DNA of 64,000 nt, from positions 5,518,001-5,582,000 of the forward strand of contig NC_087437.1 of NCBI RefSeq assembly GCF_036321535.1, written 5' to 3'. Shown here piece by piece: positions 22,627 to 35,061 of this stretch (the first letter of the stretch is position 1; each line of letters starts with the position of its first letter). This DNA is from Camelus dromedarius (taxonomy: Eukaryota). The translations under genes and the position numbers were made by a program. The notes beneath the pieces were generated by a model. The model did no database searches, was not told where the DNA came from, and worked only from the letters and a program-made list of their open reading frames with translations.

Positions 22627-23644
22627 AAAAAATCCACTGCTATTGATACTGCAAGGGTTACCAAGGTCTGGTATCCACCCATGTCACATTCAGATGTACA
22701 CAGAAGAGGCCACTTCCTTAAGTGTAACTTTCTTCAACCCCGTGGGGTCACAGGGTGTGAGGGGTAGTGGACGGTGTGAATGGAGGGGGAAAGCTCTTGA
22801 CTGCCCTGTTGGTAGTATTTCAGTCTCTCTTGACATCAGTAGTCCCCTTTGGGGTGAATTCATTCGATTTGTGTCTTAGGATCAGATTAAGTCTTCCCTT
22901 CTGTTTCTTTTAAAAATGGCAGCTGGTAGATGGAGGTTTTATAAGGCCTCATGTTGGAGGGAGAGGAAGGGCCTCTGATCCACACTGGGCCCTCACTGGT
23001 TGTGGCTGCAGAGTGACCGGGTGGTTCCCTGTGCTGATGACCATGGGGAGTCTGGCTGGGTCCCTGAGAGTGGCTAACTCCCCTGCTGGCTGTAGACCCT
23101 GGAGCCTGAGACTCCTGTAACAGTGGGTCTGGGCGGCGGCCACCTCCACACCCCTCTGCAAGCCCCACCACAATCCATGCTACAAGGCACAGCAAGGGTC
23201 TGAGAAGGGGCGAGGGGGCTCTGGGAGGGCTCAGGGCTGGCTCTGTCCTAACCCTTGCCCAGCCAGCTCCACCACCATTACTCCACGTGCCCGCCAGCTC
23301 ATGGGTGAGGCCCTCCCCTCAGGATCCCTCAGCTTTTGGCTTTTCCTCCCCTCTTCTGACACATCCTGGCCCTCTGGGCCTTTGACCTGGAGTGAGGATG
23401 TCAGGACACAGGGGCCTCACAGCCTGGCCTGTGCTCCCCTTTCTTCTTCCCACCATGCACCTGTGCGACAAGGGACACCTCTTCTTTTCTAGGTCTTGCC
23501 TGTGTTCTCCTCCTCCTTCCAGAGGCTCGGCTACCTTTTGCTGGGGAAGATAATGGGGACAGGGGAAAGGCAGGTCACCCATAAAGAGGATGTAAAAATA
23601 TGGAGGAAGTGTTTAAATGTTTCAGCTGTTCCCTAAGTATACTG

Positions 23645-24115
23645 GGGTTAGGTGTGTCTGAAGTATAGCCTCAAAACAACAGTGGCAAAAATAAGATTGA
23701 AGATAATTTTTTTTTCTCATATGAAAGTCTGGAGGTGGGCAGTCCAGGGCAGGTGTGGCTCGAGGAATTTCCCCACGTCTCAGGGCTGCTTGGGTCTGGT
23801 AAGTCCACCACACGTGACATCTAGTTTCAAGGACACCTTGTGGTCCAAGACGGAGGCTCCATTTAGTCCATCACGTCTGCACTCTGGCCAGGAAAAAGGA
23901 GGAGGGAAAGACAAGGAGCAGCAGGTGAATGCCAGCAGGCTTCTAAGGAAGCGTTCAGAAGCTGCCATAGGATATCCTGAAACACTCTCTCTGCTGCCCT
24001 CAGCACCACCCTCCATATATTTGTTGCAAGCTGCCCAGAAGTTGGAAGGGGCAGGATGGTGCTACAGGAATTAGGTGAGGACAGACATACGACAGATGAC
24101 TGTTTCATCTAACAG
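23645..24115 (-). mobile_element. Old MaLR-type (MLT1-like) LTR remnant
   Basis: 'aacagtggc...aagtctggaggtgggcagtccagggc...aaggaggagggaaag' is typical of old MLT1 antisense. Similar remnants occur at ~19870-20330, ~30130-30420 and ~51945-52490. Confidence 0.5.
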
Positions 24116-25580
24116 ATGGGACATCCAAATTTAAATACGTCTGTAGATTTTTGTTTGAGACCGAAATCTGAGTCCATTTCCTCTTTCTCCATATTTTCCT
24201 GCATCTCACTAAATCCAAAGAAGTATAAGATTGGTCATACATGCTTTGACAGTAATCATATTTGCCTTTTCTTCTTAGCCTTTGCTTACTATTGGCTTTA
24301 GCACACAGGCTATTGGAATTTATAGGTTCTTATTTGCACATCCCCTTTTGAAAGCATGGTAGTGTTTTTACAACTGAATTGTTATACTGCTTGTCACTGA
24401 CTCTACTAGGTAAGATGCAGCAAATTATTTTGAAACAGGCTTTTTTATTTAGGTAAGAATCACTTGAAATGGTCTTCCATACTTATCTAACTAGAGATAC
24501 CCACTTCTCTAGGGAAAGGGTGCAATGGAATTTTTTTATCGCCTGATAGTATGGGCTTTTTTGGTGCATGTTAAGGGAAGTCAAATAGTGAGGAGTAAAA
24601 CTGAGAATAAAATATTTCGGTGTGACCAGGTTCAATCAGTATTTTAGAAATTAATGGTCTCCATCTGAGAAAAATGGCCTTGAACCAAGAACAGAATTAA
24701 AAATAAAAATCTAGTGAAAAATCAGGTCAGATTAATACCAACTAGAGTCTCTAAGATATAACGGAAAGCAACATCTATTTCTTTGCATAATTTTGATCAC
24801 CCAAGAATAATATGGTTATGTAACACTTGGAAGAAAACCAACTGGCGTTAGAGCGTTTACCAAGGAAGGACTGCAGAGGTTTCAAACAGGGAAGCTGGGG
24901 AAACCAGCCACTCCCAGGAGTATAATCATGTGGCTTCACAGGAGATACGTGCAATCTAATCAAATGCCTAATTTAGGCACAGAAGTAGGTGGCATTGTGG
25001 GGCTACAGACCGGACAAAGAGATTCTGGGTAAAACCTCACAAGAGAGGGATCATGGCAGACGTTGTAGGCTAGCTGACTCAAACTCAACCTCCAACCCTT
25101 TCCTCCCTTATCTGTTCCAACTACAGAGGTTGTAAAAGCGGAATTTTTCTTTTTTAGCACTGCTAGTGGACGAATGACACACTTCAGCTCAACGAGGCAC
25201 AGGCAGAAGCCCCCGTTGTGTCACTTCCTGAATGAAAAGGCACAGCGTCCTGAAGAGGAAGCCCTCTTGCCCATCATTCTTGCTCTTTTCTTCCTTGGAC
25301 GTGGTTGCGAGGTATGGAGGGACAGTAACCATTGGAGGACCGTGAATTGACAAACACGGACCTGAAAATCATCATATTAAAGGTGCAAGAATAGAAAATG
25401 AAACTGCGTGGGACTCTGGTAGCATCGTGGAGCTTCAGTACCAGCTTTGTTAACGTCATGTTAAATGAAAAAAAATACTCCCTTAAGTACCTTCTTATTT
25501 AAGTTGTCAGTTTTGGGGCTTTCTGTTATTTGCAGGTGAATGCAATCTTAATTGATATGATCAAAGAAAGGGAGGGTTTT

Positions 25581-26330
25581 ATGCTGGAGAGGATGTGGAG
25601 AAGGGAACCCTCCTACACTGTTGGTGGGAATGTAAACTGGTGCAGCCACTTTGGAGGACAGTATGGATGTTCCTTGAAAAACTAAAAATGGAGTTACCAT
25701 ATGATCCAGCAATCCCACTCCTGGGCACATAACTGGAGAAAACTCTAATTCAAAAAGACACATGCATACCAGTATTCATAACAGCACTATTTACAATGGC
25801 CAAGACATGGAAGCAACCTAAGTGTCCATCAATAGGTAAAGAAGATGTGGTCTATATATGCAATGGAATACTACTCAGCCATAAAAAAGAATGAAATAAT
25901 GCCATTTGCAGCAACTTGGATGGACCTAGAGATTATCACATTAAGTGAAGTAAGTCAGACAAAGACAAATATCATATGATATCACTTATATGTGGAATCT
26001 AAAAAAAGGATACAAATCTTATTTACAAACCAAAAATAGACTCATGAACATAGAAAACAAACTATGGTTACCAAAGGAGAAAGGGTGAGGGGGAGATCAA
26101 TTAAGAGTTTGGGAATTAACAGATACACATTACTATATATAAAATAGATAAACAATAAGGACCTACTATATAGCATAGGGAACTATATTCAGTTTCTTGT
26201 AATAAAATACAATAGAAAAGAATCTGAAAAGAAAAAATATATATGTGTGTATATATTTATAGCTGAATCACTTTGCTGTATACCTGAAACTAACATTGTA
26301 AATCAACTACACTTAATAAAAAAACAAAAT
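25581..26330 (+). mobile_element. 5'-truncated L1 3' end
   Basis: L1 ORF2 end, 3'UTR and A-tail. Degenerate TSD aaagaaagggagggtttta / aaagaaggaaggctttta. Confidence 0.9.
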
Positions 26331-26989
26331 TTTTAAAGTAACTTTTTTTTTTTAAAAGAAGGAAGGCTTTTAGATTTAGGATAATAAACACAAGCATGCA
26401 TCTTTGATAGAATGTGTTGAGCACTTTGACTTACTACATTTCCTGCTGACTTTAATTGATCACATGGTTTTATATCTAAGATGTGGCACTTACTCTATAA
26501 CTCGACAACACCCCTGTATGGAGGAAGTCATGAATGGGGAAACAGTGGCTCAAACGTCTCGAGCCCTCCATGACTTGGCCTGGGATTGGGGTTGGAGTTA
26601 TCTATGTAGCCCATTGCTGAGATGGCTTTCCTACCCTTGACATTGCTTCTGAGGAGGGACTAGGACAGATAGAGAATGCCATGCCCGTTGCCAAAGAGGA
26701 AGGAGACCAATTTGCAAAAGGAGCCAAGGGCCTTCTCAGAGGGAAGAGTCTGAGACCCCAGTTCCTACTTTCTGAGATTCAAAGTTAGAGAAAGATGGTG
26801 GAGTTGAATGAGATGGCTTTGACCAGGAGATGTGGTCCCAGAACCAAAGGACCCAAGTGATCTCAAAGAAGAACTCTTTGCAGGGGAAGAGAAGGTATGG
26901 CTTGGTGACTGAGGTCCCTCACAAGGGTCCAAATTTTGTGAGGCTTTCTGGTTCTGGTCATGTAGTTGACTTATTTATTATTCCCTAAA

Positions 26990-27357
26990 ATTCAGGGTTC
27001 CTCACTAAAGTGCCCTCCCCATGAGAGAATTGTTCATCCCCACCCTGTGGCTTTAGGCATAGCTGTGTGATTTGATTTGCTTTGGCCAATGAAATGTAGG
27101 AGGAAGTAATGTGTGTCCCTTTGGGGCAAGGCAAGGAGCCAGTGTCTGCTTCACCCTGTTCTCGCTTTCCTCGTGTTATCAACGTTCCAGATAGTGGAGG
27201 CCCGGTCGGTGGGGATCCTGGAGTGAGAATGGCACACAACAGAGCCACAGCAGACCCACGTGGGCACAGAGCTACACAAGAAATAACCTTTGTTGTTATA
27301 AGCCAATTCAATTTTGGGGCTATTTGTTTCTGCAACACAGCCTAGCTGTGCTGACTC
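26990..27357 (+). mobile_element. MLT1-family (MaLR) solo LTR
   Basis: 'gctttggccaatgaaatgt...aaataacctttgttgttataagcca...ttttggggctatttgtt...gcaacacagcctagc...ctgact'. Confidence 0.75.
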
Positions 27358-27820
27358 CTCAATGGGGCCAACTGAGGACATCTAATGATACGAAGCTCAA
27401 AACAGCTACTTTGAGTGATTGCATGCCCTGAGGTGCCTTATTTCCAAAACTGAGTCCCATGGTGGGTTAAGGTTGTGCTGGGCATCAGTAGAGTTCAGTG
27501 GGGGAAGAGTCACAGTGATACTAGTGAATTTCTTTCTTCTTAAACGTCTAAGGAAAATATCAAACCTGTAGTCAGTCTCATGGGATAATTTATCACTCAG
27601 AGGTGGCATGGTGTTCCCGAGCACACTGCTGGGTGGGATGATGCTGCAAATGAACAACTGGTGTTCTTCTCCACTTCCTTTTCCACTCCGAAGTCATGTG
27701 TGATAATCAGTTTCATTTCCTTGGGCTTTTTACCTCCTCCTTCCCCCAACCTAGGTAGCCAGACGTGAGTCACCCTCCCCTCTGCGTGGACAGAGGCACT
27801 GAGGACAAGAAAATAAAGGT

Positions 27821-28006
27821 GGAGGAGGGGTAGGCGGTATATATAGCTGAAAGGTAGAGCACGTGCTTGGTGTGCATGAGGTCCTGGGTCCAATCCCCAG
27901 TGCCCTGTTAATGGGGGGGCAGGTGGAGGGGTAGCAGGGAGAAGAAAAAGAAATGAAAAGAAAAAACAAAAAAAGAAGAAAATTTTTAAAAAGAAAAGAA
28001 ATTAAA
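27821..28006 (+). mobile_element. tRNA-Ala-derived camelid SINE (vic-1 type)
   Basis: A box tagctgaaaggtagag, B-box-like gggtccaatcccc, A-rich tail, and TSD AAAATAAAGGT at 27810-27820 and 28007-28017. Confidence 0.85.
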
Positions 28007-28685
28007 AAAATAAAGGTAGCATATTTGAGTCTTGAATTCAAAATATGCTGGTGAAAGGTAGATAGTTAAAAAGAATGTGGGATTGGAAAGAAATATATCA
28101 GGAAAGATGGGGAGGTGCCACTTGAAAGGGGTGCAGCATACAAGTGAGGGACTGTAAGCTCCCACCAGAATCAGCACTGTGTGTTTCCAATCCCAGGAGT
28201 CCCTCTCGAAGCCAAGCATGGGCCCTTCTGTGCCTCCTGGTGTGGTCTAGAGAGGTGTGCCATTGGACAGTGGCCAGCATGATGAACGTTTGCCATCCAG
28301 CGTGAGAGGTGGCCATCTGTGCTCTGAGATTTTGCTCAGGGCCTCCCTCCAACTCACCACAAGTGGATAGCAGCCAGGATGCCCAGGAACCCCCTGGAAA
28401 GCAGAGGCAGGTGTGGATACCTAGTAGAAGGTGGTGGTTGTGGACAATGGGGGCTTGAAGAGAAAGCCTCTGCCTGTCCGAAGCTGGGACCACAGCAGGC
28501 CAGTTGGAAGTCTCCCAGCATGCCCCTGGTCTCCAGGAAGTCACCACCTGATGCACAGATGCATGTTATCTAACCTACACTTTGCTACAGGGGCAGAATT
28601 TACCCAAATCTGTGTTATACATTTCATCTTAAAAATTACCTTTTGCTTTAAAATTTTAATTTAACCCAAAATAATTAAAAACATT

Positions 28686-29125
28686 TTCACATGAGAGCCT
28701 GTATGCGAATGCTCATAGCAGTATTATTCATAATAGCTCAAAGTTGAAACAACCCAAATGTCCATCAAGTAATAAATGGAAAAACAAAATGTGGTAATTC
28801 TCCATGCAATGGAATATTATACAGCCATAAAAAGGAATGGAGCGCCGATTCAGACTACAGCATAGATGAACCTTGAAAACATTATGCTAACTGAAGGAGC
28901 CAGACAGAAGACCACATCTTGTATAATTCCATTTGTAAGAAATGTCTGGAAAAGACAAAAACAGAGACAAAAAGGGTGGCCAGGAGCTGAGGGGAGAGGA
29001 AAGTGCTGAGGAACTGCTAACAGGGATGGGGTTTCTTTTGGGGGTGATGCAAACTTCTGAAATTAGTGGTGACGGTGGCATGACTTGTGAATATACTAAA
29101 AACCACTTTAAAAAGTTGTGATACA
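28686..29125 (+). mobile_element. Old L1 (L1MB-type) 3' end
   Basis: 'aaacaacccaaatgtccatca...atgaaccttgaaaacattatgcta...gtttcttttgggggtgatg...gtgaatatactaaaaaccact'. Confidence 0.8.
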
Positions 29126-29165
29126 TTTTATCTAAATACAAAATAAATCATAATATTTAGTTTTG

Positions 29166-29383
29166 GGGTCTTTTAAGTTGAAGTATAGTTGATTTACAAT
29201 GTTGTGTTGGTTTCTGGAGTACAGCATAGTGATTCAGTTATACATGTATACACACATATTCTTTTTCATTGTAGGCTATTAAAAGGTAGTGAATATAGTT
29301 GCCTGTGCTTCACAGTAGGACCTTGTTGTTTATCTATTTTATATATAGTGGTGTGTATCTGCTAATCCCAAACTACTAATTTG
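29166..29383 (-). mobile_element. Short L1 3' end insertion
   Basis: L1 terminus. TSD ATAATATTTAG(t/c)TTTG at 29150 and 29384. Confidence 0.85.
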
Positions 29384-30436
29384 ATAATATTTAGCTTTGA
29401 TTGCATGTAAAAATATTTATACTACATAAACTTGTTCTCTGTGGATTTAAGATGGAAAGAAGAGTTTTAAACAAAAAGCAGAATCTTAATAGTTCATAAA
29501 CTGTGTCAATCTAAAACAAGCAAAAAAGTGAACCCTTCAAAGTGAAAGTGAAAAACTACAGACTTTATTTTCTGAAAAAGGAAGGAAGTGAGCTATTCAG
29601 GATAAAACAAATTTTGGAGAATCCTGCTTCAGTCGTCCCTAAATAGAGCAAAGCACACTGATCAGATTGTTCTTCATTTTATGGAAAATGTAGTTTTTTT
29701 CAGATCATAATATAGTAAAAACAAAATTTAGGAACAGCAATTTGATCAGCAATAGTGTTTCTGATATTAAGCAGGCTCATGATTTTTAAAAAGGCACAAA
29801 ATATTATTGTCATGAAAAATTTTGGTGAAATGTAATGTATTTGAAAAAGTAGAATAAATGATTTCATTTGCTCATTCTTAACATAAAAATGATTTATTTG
29901 GGGTTTTAGTCTAAGAATAATAAGACATGCAAATCAGATTTGATCATTGGCCCAATTAATTGATCTGTGCGATCTGTTTTTGCTGTCTTCACTGAGCTAA
30001 GTATGCTTTATATCTCACGAACTCTCGCTAATGTCCTGTCAGTAAATCACCCCTTCAAAGTGTTCTGTGGTTGAGCAAATTTGGAAGATGCTGCTGTAGC
30101 AGAGTGCCCTGCACACCTTTACACCAGAGAGTTCTATTTAATTTTGTGCTCACCTTCCATATCTAGGGCAAGTCAGCAGAAGCCTCAGCTCCCAACAGCT
30201 TGACGGCGGTCAGTCTCCACAGTCATGTCCACCACCTGCTTGGAGGGCATTGCAGTGCCCTGCAGGGCAGTTCAGTGCACTGCCCAGAAGACCATATGTC
30301 TCTTCTGCTCACATTTCATTGGCCAGAGCCAATGACCACACCTAATTTCATAGGGGGCAGGGACCTGCAGTCCTGCTGTGTGCCTGGACGGAAGAGAACC
30401 CAATTGTTGAACGGCCCTGGTATCTACCCTTTGGTC

Positions 30437-30745
30437 CAACCACTGTCCAATAGAAGGATAATGCACACCTCAAGCGTAATTTCCAATTTACTAAGAGCAT
30501 TTTTTAAAAAGTTAAAAAATCCAGGTGAAATTAATTTTAATAATGTTTTTTATTTAAACCAATTTTTCTAAAGTATTATCATTTTAACATGTAACCATAA
30601 GAAATTATTGAGAAATGTTCTTCTTTTTTGGAACTAAGTCTTTAAAACCAGGTGTGTGTTTTATACCTGCAGCGCATCTCGACTTGTCTTATTTCCGGTG
30701 CTCATAGCCACTTGTGTCTAGTGACTACCATACTGACAGCACAGC
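30437..30745 (+). mobile_element. MER33 (hAT-Charlie MITE)
   Basis: 'ctgtccaatagaa...aggtgaaattaattttaataat...actaagtcttt...ggtgtgtgttttatac...gtgctcatagccacttgtgtctagtgactaccatact'. Confidence 0.8.
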
Positions 30746-31137
30746 TCTGGTGTTCATGGCTTGGGAACATAGCCTTAAACTCTCCCACAAGCACAAAGTT
30801 TCTTTGAGGAGACTTGTTTTACTTAAAAAAAAAATTAACGTGTATTTTAGTATAAAAATAATGTGTTAATAAATTAGCATTACATGAAAATTTCTCTGTG
30901 AGAATGGGCCATATTCATCCCGGGGCTCTGCTTCTCACCAGCATAGCACCTTTTAGCTCCAGAAGGACCAGACTGGGACCTGGAGATTTCTATTCCAGCA
31001 CCTGGAGATTTCTTTTCTAGCTTCAGGGAATACGAATCCTTTGGAGGGTCTTAAGTAAGTTATGCGGATGCACTGAGCTCAGTTCCTCATCTGTAAGTTG
31101 GCATGCTTAGATGAGATCATCTCAAAGTTGCTTTTTA

Positions 31138-31242
31138 TTTATTTATTTTTAAAATTTTAATTATTTATTAATTTTTAAAAAATTGAAGTACAGTCAGTTT
31201 ACAATGTTGTGTCAGTTTTCTGGTGTACAGCATAATAGTTCA
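31138..31242 (-). mobile_element. Very short L1 3' terminus inserted in a MIR-family remnant
   Basis: aattgaagtacagtcagtttacaatgttgtgtcag. TSD caaagt(tg/ca)cttttta at 31123 and 31243. Confidence 0.8.
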
Positions 31243-32211
31243 CAAAGTCACTTTTTAAAGTCTCAAATTCTAAGATTCCAGTTAGGATAACATGGTAGCG
31301 CTATCGTGACAGGGGCTGGATTTTTTTTTTTTTTTTTTTAAAGAAAAACTGGCTTATTGTACAGTAATTTGTAGAGTAACCTATTTGGGGCCACTTTTCC
31401 CTAGGAGGAAATGGCTGTGTTCTACCCGCAATGGTTAGCCATCTAAACTCCATCTTTATGGGGCAGCTGCTGGCAAAAGGGGGTCCTGCAGTCCCCCAAG
31501 CTGGGCGGCCCAGGCAGCTTCTGAGGGTTGCCTTAGATTTAGGGATTTGAAATCAAGTCCTTGTTGGCAGTGGGTGGTGGAGAGGAATTCCCTCTTCTGG
31601 CAGCGTGGCTGGAATCCTGCTGGGGATTTCACCTCAAGACAGGGGAAAGTTCACTGCCTACAACCAGTGAGTGATCCACAGGTGTTTCGGCAGCGACGTA
31701 ACCACCTGAACAGTAAAGGGGGAGGAGAGGGAAACCTTCCTGCTCCACCACGGGCGGTGAACTAGTCTGACTGAGGACAAGTGCTAACGCCCAAGGGTGG
31801 GGGCGCTGTTCCTGCGTCTCCCAGGGCTTGCTGGCTGTGCTGGTCGTGGTTACCCCGCGGATGGATCTCAGCGCCGGGGATAAGTCTGGGAAGGGCCTCA
31901 GACACGGGCTCTGCACACTCCCTGGTTGCCACCCCAGGTGGTCTCCAGCCTTTGTGTATACTCTTACAAATCTGACAGCAGCAGTGGAAGCAGAAACGTC
32001 TTCCTGCGGTCCGCTCCGAGTTCACTCACAAGGCATACTTTAGTTCCTCTAATTATCCTAAATCTCTTCTCAGACAAGGCACTGGGATTCATTAGCAGAG
32101 TTTATGTACTGTCACAGGTGCACTTGGGAATAAAGAATTTAGAACCAGGTGACTAGTAAGTATAATGCATTACTAGTATGCAGGGCAAAATGGCTTACTT
32201 AGAAATATTAA

Positions 32212-32384
32212 GAATATGAAAACGAATATATGTATGTCTATGCATGACTGGGACACTGTGCTATACACCAGAAATTGACACATTGTAACTGACGGTACTT
32301 CAATTAAAAAAATATATATATATACATATATCTATATCTATTTTACCTAATGATCAAATAAATACAAATCAAAACAAACAAAAA
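32212..32384 (+). mobile_element. Short L1 3' terminus with extra 3' tail
   Basis: L1 end ...acttcaattaaaaaaa. TSD AGAAATATTAA at 32201-32211 and 32385-32395. Confidence 0.85.
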
Positions 32385-33466
32385 AGAAATATTAATAATG
32401 CTTTTCTATCATATGTAGATCAAATACATACAGTATTTTCTAGTTTCTTCAAGTCCATTTAAAAATAAACATTGTTTTTATGAGAATATCTGATTTAAAC
32501 TGTTGGGCCTCCTTTTGCTCAAGGAAGTATGAAATTAAGAACTGAAAACTTCCTGCTTAAATAATATTTAGACTCCAAAATCTGAGCAAGGATATTGGTT
32601 TTTAAAGCTTTTTGCAGAAACTGACTTTCTACATTTTTTACCCCTTTGGGCAAAAGTTCGTACCCAGGTTGAGTTTCTCCTTAAGAAATGGCCCTCGTTT
32701 TAAAAAAATATGGTAAAGGAGGACAAAAGAGTGTGCACTTCAGCTCTTCTTTCAACCTAGACATCTTATCAGTAAATTCCTGCATTCCTGGATCAATTTC
32801 CTGCGAGCAGGACAAAGTGAGATGTGTCCTGTGAGTTCAAATGAGGTGAAGTGAGGCTGTTTACTGGAAAAAATACCCGTGTTTTGGTCCTGTTAGAGCT
32901 GAGCGTTTATTTCCGGCTCTCTGTGCCGACAGCACTACTGAGTGGGCAGGTGCCAGGCTGAGCGCTGGAGGCCAGTTGACCCGTTCTCACTCTTGCTCCG
33001 TCATCCGTGGACAGCCTTGGGAGGGGGCAATGTCAGGACCCCCTTCAGGGAAAGAAGGGCTGGAATCATTGAGGATTACTTCCAATCTTGTGCGGGTGTC
33101 TTTTTGAACCATTGCAGGCTCCTACCCCCACCTACCCTTCCTGTTGATCCCATCCCTGGTCTCGGGGGCCCCCAAGCTCTCACACCTGTGGCTGTCCCCA
33201 AAACGCCATGCACTTCCGCACGCCCACACTGCCACTCTTGGTGATCTCTCTCATTGAGATCATCTTCTGCTCCCTTCTCCCCTGCTCGTAGAGACTCTTT
33301 CCTCCCTCCTCAAGCCCCAACCTGTGTTTCTCTCCCTTCGTGACATTCTTCTGAAATCCCCTGCTCTCACCCCACCACCCGTGTCAGAAGTAACTGCCAC
33401 GTCCCCTGTGCTTTTAAAGCACACGCATTATTTCTCTCTCCCTGGTGTAGCACTCTCACATGGTTT

Positions 33467-33959
33467 TGACGAGGAAGGGGGCGCCAGGAGTGTTTAGGAC
33501 AGGCTACCCCCAAATATGACCCCTTGAAGTATTGAATATGGTAAGCTGAAGGAATATGAGAAATGGCAAGTTTAAGCACTCTCTGACCTTCCTCTGAAGG
33601 AGGTCACAAGACTCTCATGTGAGAGGTGCCCTCCCTACACCTGGAAGAAGGGAGCATCCTTATCTCCAAGACAGAGGAATCTGAAAAGACAGGTCTTACT
33701 AAGTTCCCCCCGATGGAGACTCTTAGTGCACGCCCTTTGTCCAGTCACATTTTCCCACAACTTAACACTCTCCATCAAACCTACTATAAAAGCACTCAGA
33801 TTTAACTACTTCTGGTCCTCATTTCCTTAGGAAAGTTCCTGTGTCATGGAGGACATAAATAAGTTTGTACGCTTTCTCTTGTTAATCTGTCTTTTGTTGC
33901 AGAGCCCCAGTTGGGTACCTAGGAGGGTTGAAGGAAAAAGACAGTTTTCTTCCCCAACA
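33467..33959 (+). mobile_element. ERV1-class solo LTR (MER34-like)
   Basis: TG...CA termini with 4-bp TSD GTTT (33463-33466 / 33960-33963), TATAAAA at 33785, and 'tacccccaaatatg...ttgttaatctgtctttt...ttttcttccccaaca'. Confidence 0.8.
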
Positions 33960-34703
33960 GTTTCATAGTGTCAGGTGGCCCTAAGCAAATTTCTTACACT
34001 TCCTGGACCTCAGTTTCATCATCTGTAAAATGTGAGTAGAAATAGTACCGCCCTCCCTATGAGACAGCAGTGAACAAGACACCCTGGCTCTGAGCCCAGG
34101 AGGCTGATGTGCTAGTGGGATGGGGGAAGATGGAGTGAAAATAAATGCGGTTTCAGTGAATGGTAATAGCCGTGAGGGCAGGAGAACACGGAGATGTGGA
34201 CGTGTGTGTGTGTGTATGAACTCTAAAACAGGTGGTCAGGGAGGTCTCAGTGAAGGAGGGGACACTGGGAACGGTCCTTAAGGATAAACTTCTTCCTCCC
34301 TTCCTAGGTGAAGGAACAAAATAGTTCCCTTTCTCATTAAATAAAGAAATATTTCTTTCTCATCCAGTATCACCACCTGGGGAGTCTACAACTAAACCTT
34401 CTTTGTGGTGAGGGGACATGGCTCGTATCAGTGCAGTAGCTAAGGCAGTTCTCAATTCTGTCCACCTGAAGGGAAGGGCAAGATTTCATCACTCACTGAG
34501 CGATTACTATGTTGCTCATTTGTAACTCATCTTTAAGTTTTTTCCCTTTGGGAATATTTCAGATTTACAGGGAAACTATAATGATATTATAGACAGTTCT
34601 TGTATGCCCTTCGCCCACCTTCCCCTAAGGTTACCATCTTATATAGCCATGGAGCATTTGTCAAAATGAAGAAGCTGACAGTAGTACAGTGCTAGTAACT
34701 AAA

Positions 34704-35061
34704 TGCTAGAGACTGAATGTTTGTGTCCTCCACCCCCAAGTTCATATATAGAGAACCTGCCCCACAAGGGGATGGCATTAGTAGGTGGGGCCTCTGGGAA
34801 GTGAGTAGGTCATTGAGGGTGGAACCCCCATGAATGGGATTAGTGACCTTATAGCAGAGGCCCCAGAGAGCTCCCTGGTCCTTTCCACCAAGTGAAGTTA
34901 CACCAAAAAGATTGTCATCTATGAACCAGGAAGTGAGTCCTCACCAGGCACCAAATCTGCTGGCCCTTTCCAGCCTCCAGAACTGTGAGAAATAAGTGTT
35001 CATTGGTTAAGCTGCCTGGTTTATGATGTTTTTGTTATAGTGGCCTGAACAGACTAAGATA
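34704..35061 (+). mobile_element. MLT1A-type MaLR solo LTR inserted in an old L1MC-like 3' fragment (from ~34530)
   Basis: 'tgctagagactgaatgtttgtgtcc...atgaatgggattagtg...tccagcctccagaactgtgagaaataa...acagactaagata'. Degenerate 5-bp TSD ctaaa/ttaaa. Confidence 0.88.

Noticed and set aside
27821..27905. tRNA-Ala-like sequences (also 9780-9857 and 50545-50615)
   Set aside because: They are degenerate and have A-rich tails, and two have clear TSDs, so they are SINE copies rather than tRNA genes.
28560..30095. AT-rich stretch that may be a hAT/Charlie internal remnant
   Set aside because: Only vague terminal resemblance; I could not assign a family or boundaries by eye.
33470..33487. CTCF-like AGGGGGCGC half-sites (also 7577-7585)
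   Set aside because: Only the right half of the motif matches; the CCAC/CCAG left half is absent.
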